From the NCBI GenBank assembly GCA_937863095.1, contig CALMCP010000083.1, positions 1 through 35,606 on the forward strand: a DNA stretch of 35,606 nucleotides, written 5' to 3'. The position numbers were made by a program, and so were the translations under genes. The notes below the pieces were generated by a model. The model worked only from the letters and a program-made list of their open reading frames with translations. It did not search any database and was not told the origin of the DNA. This stretch comes from an uncultured Candidatus Saccharibacteria bacterium. GTDB lineage: Bacteria > Patescibacteriota > Saccharimonadia > Saccharimonadales > Saccharimonadaceae. This document shows positions 35,433 to 35,606 of the stretch, piece after piece (the stretch's first letter is position 1; each line of letters opens with the position of its first letter).

Positions 35433-35606
35433 CGGTCAATCGTGGGCTCTGCCTGCGTCGGACCATATTGTCCGGAAAGGTGAATCTCGCACGAGACCTT
35501 GGGTTGGCGGCAATGGCCAGGACAGCATCGCTGCTGCGAGGATTCTCTCGAACGTATCGAGCTGAGACCTCCTGGCCATTGCCAAGTTTGGGGATGGCCG
35601 GTGTGT

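Overview
A compact bacterial chromosomal segment that looks like Candidatus Saccharibacteria (TM7, CPR/Patescibacteria). This is inferred from gene content and style: DUF3048, DUF4367, PEGA and sortase genes, REC-only regulators, a pilin fused to a Fib_succ_major domain, a short ATP synthase delta subunit, and many apparently leaderless genes. Housekeeping content: pseudouridine synthase, two kinase/receiver pairs around tRNA-Glu(CTC), gltX, tRNA-Leu(CAA), lactate permease, CapA-like and M15 peptidase genes, xth, two GT4 glycosyltransferases, smpB, an ABC-F ATPase, a glutaredoxin, a full F1Fo operon and a Dus enzyme. The most interesting signals are mostly non-coding. (1) A type IV pilin-lectin adhesin gene (8908-10128) has a G10 tract inside its -35/-10 spacer, an adenine-poor 3' end resembling a DGR variable region, and a downstream palindrome array; together these suggest a phase-variable, possibly hypervariable host-attachment locus. 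A second homopolymer promoter lies at 30-57. (2) Nine copies of a 16-bp NrdR-box-like palindrome occur as three triplets, one of them inside a coding sequence. (3) A ~75-nt structured element occurs twice with compensatory changes. (4) A 156-bp in-frame palindromic insertion sits in the ABC-F gene. (5) A four-helix-bundle gene flanked by inverted 7-mer repeats sits between atpG and atpD. (6) A structured 140-nt leader precedes a small membrane peptide. No reverse transcriptase, transposase, integrase, CRISPR array or rRNA is visible. All calls are from manual reading; no searches were run.
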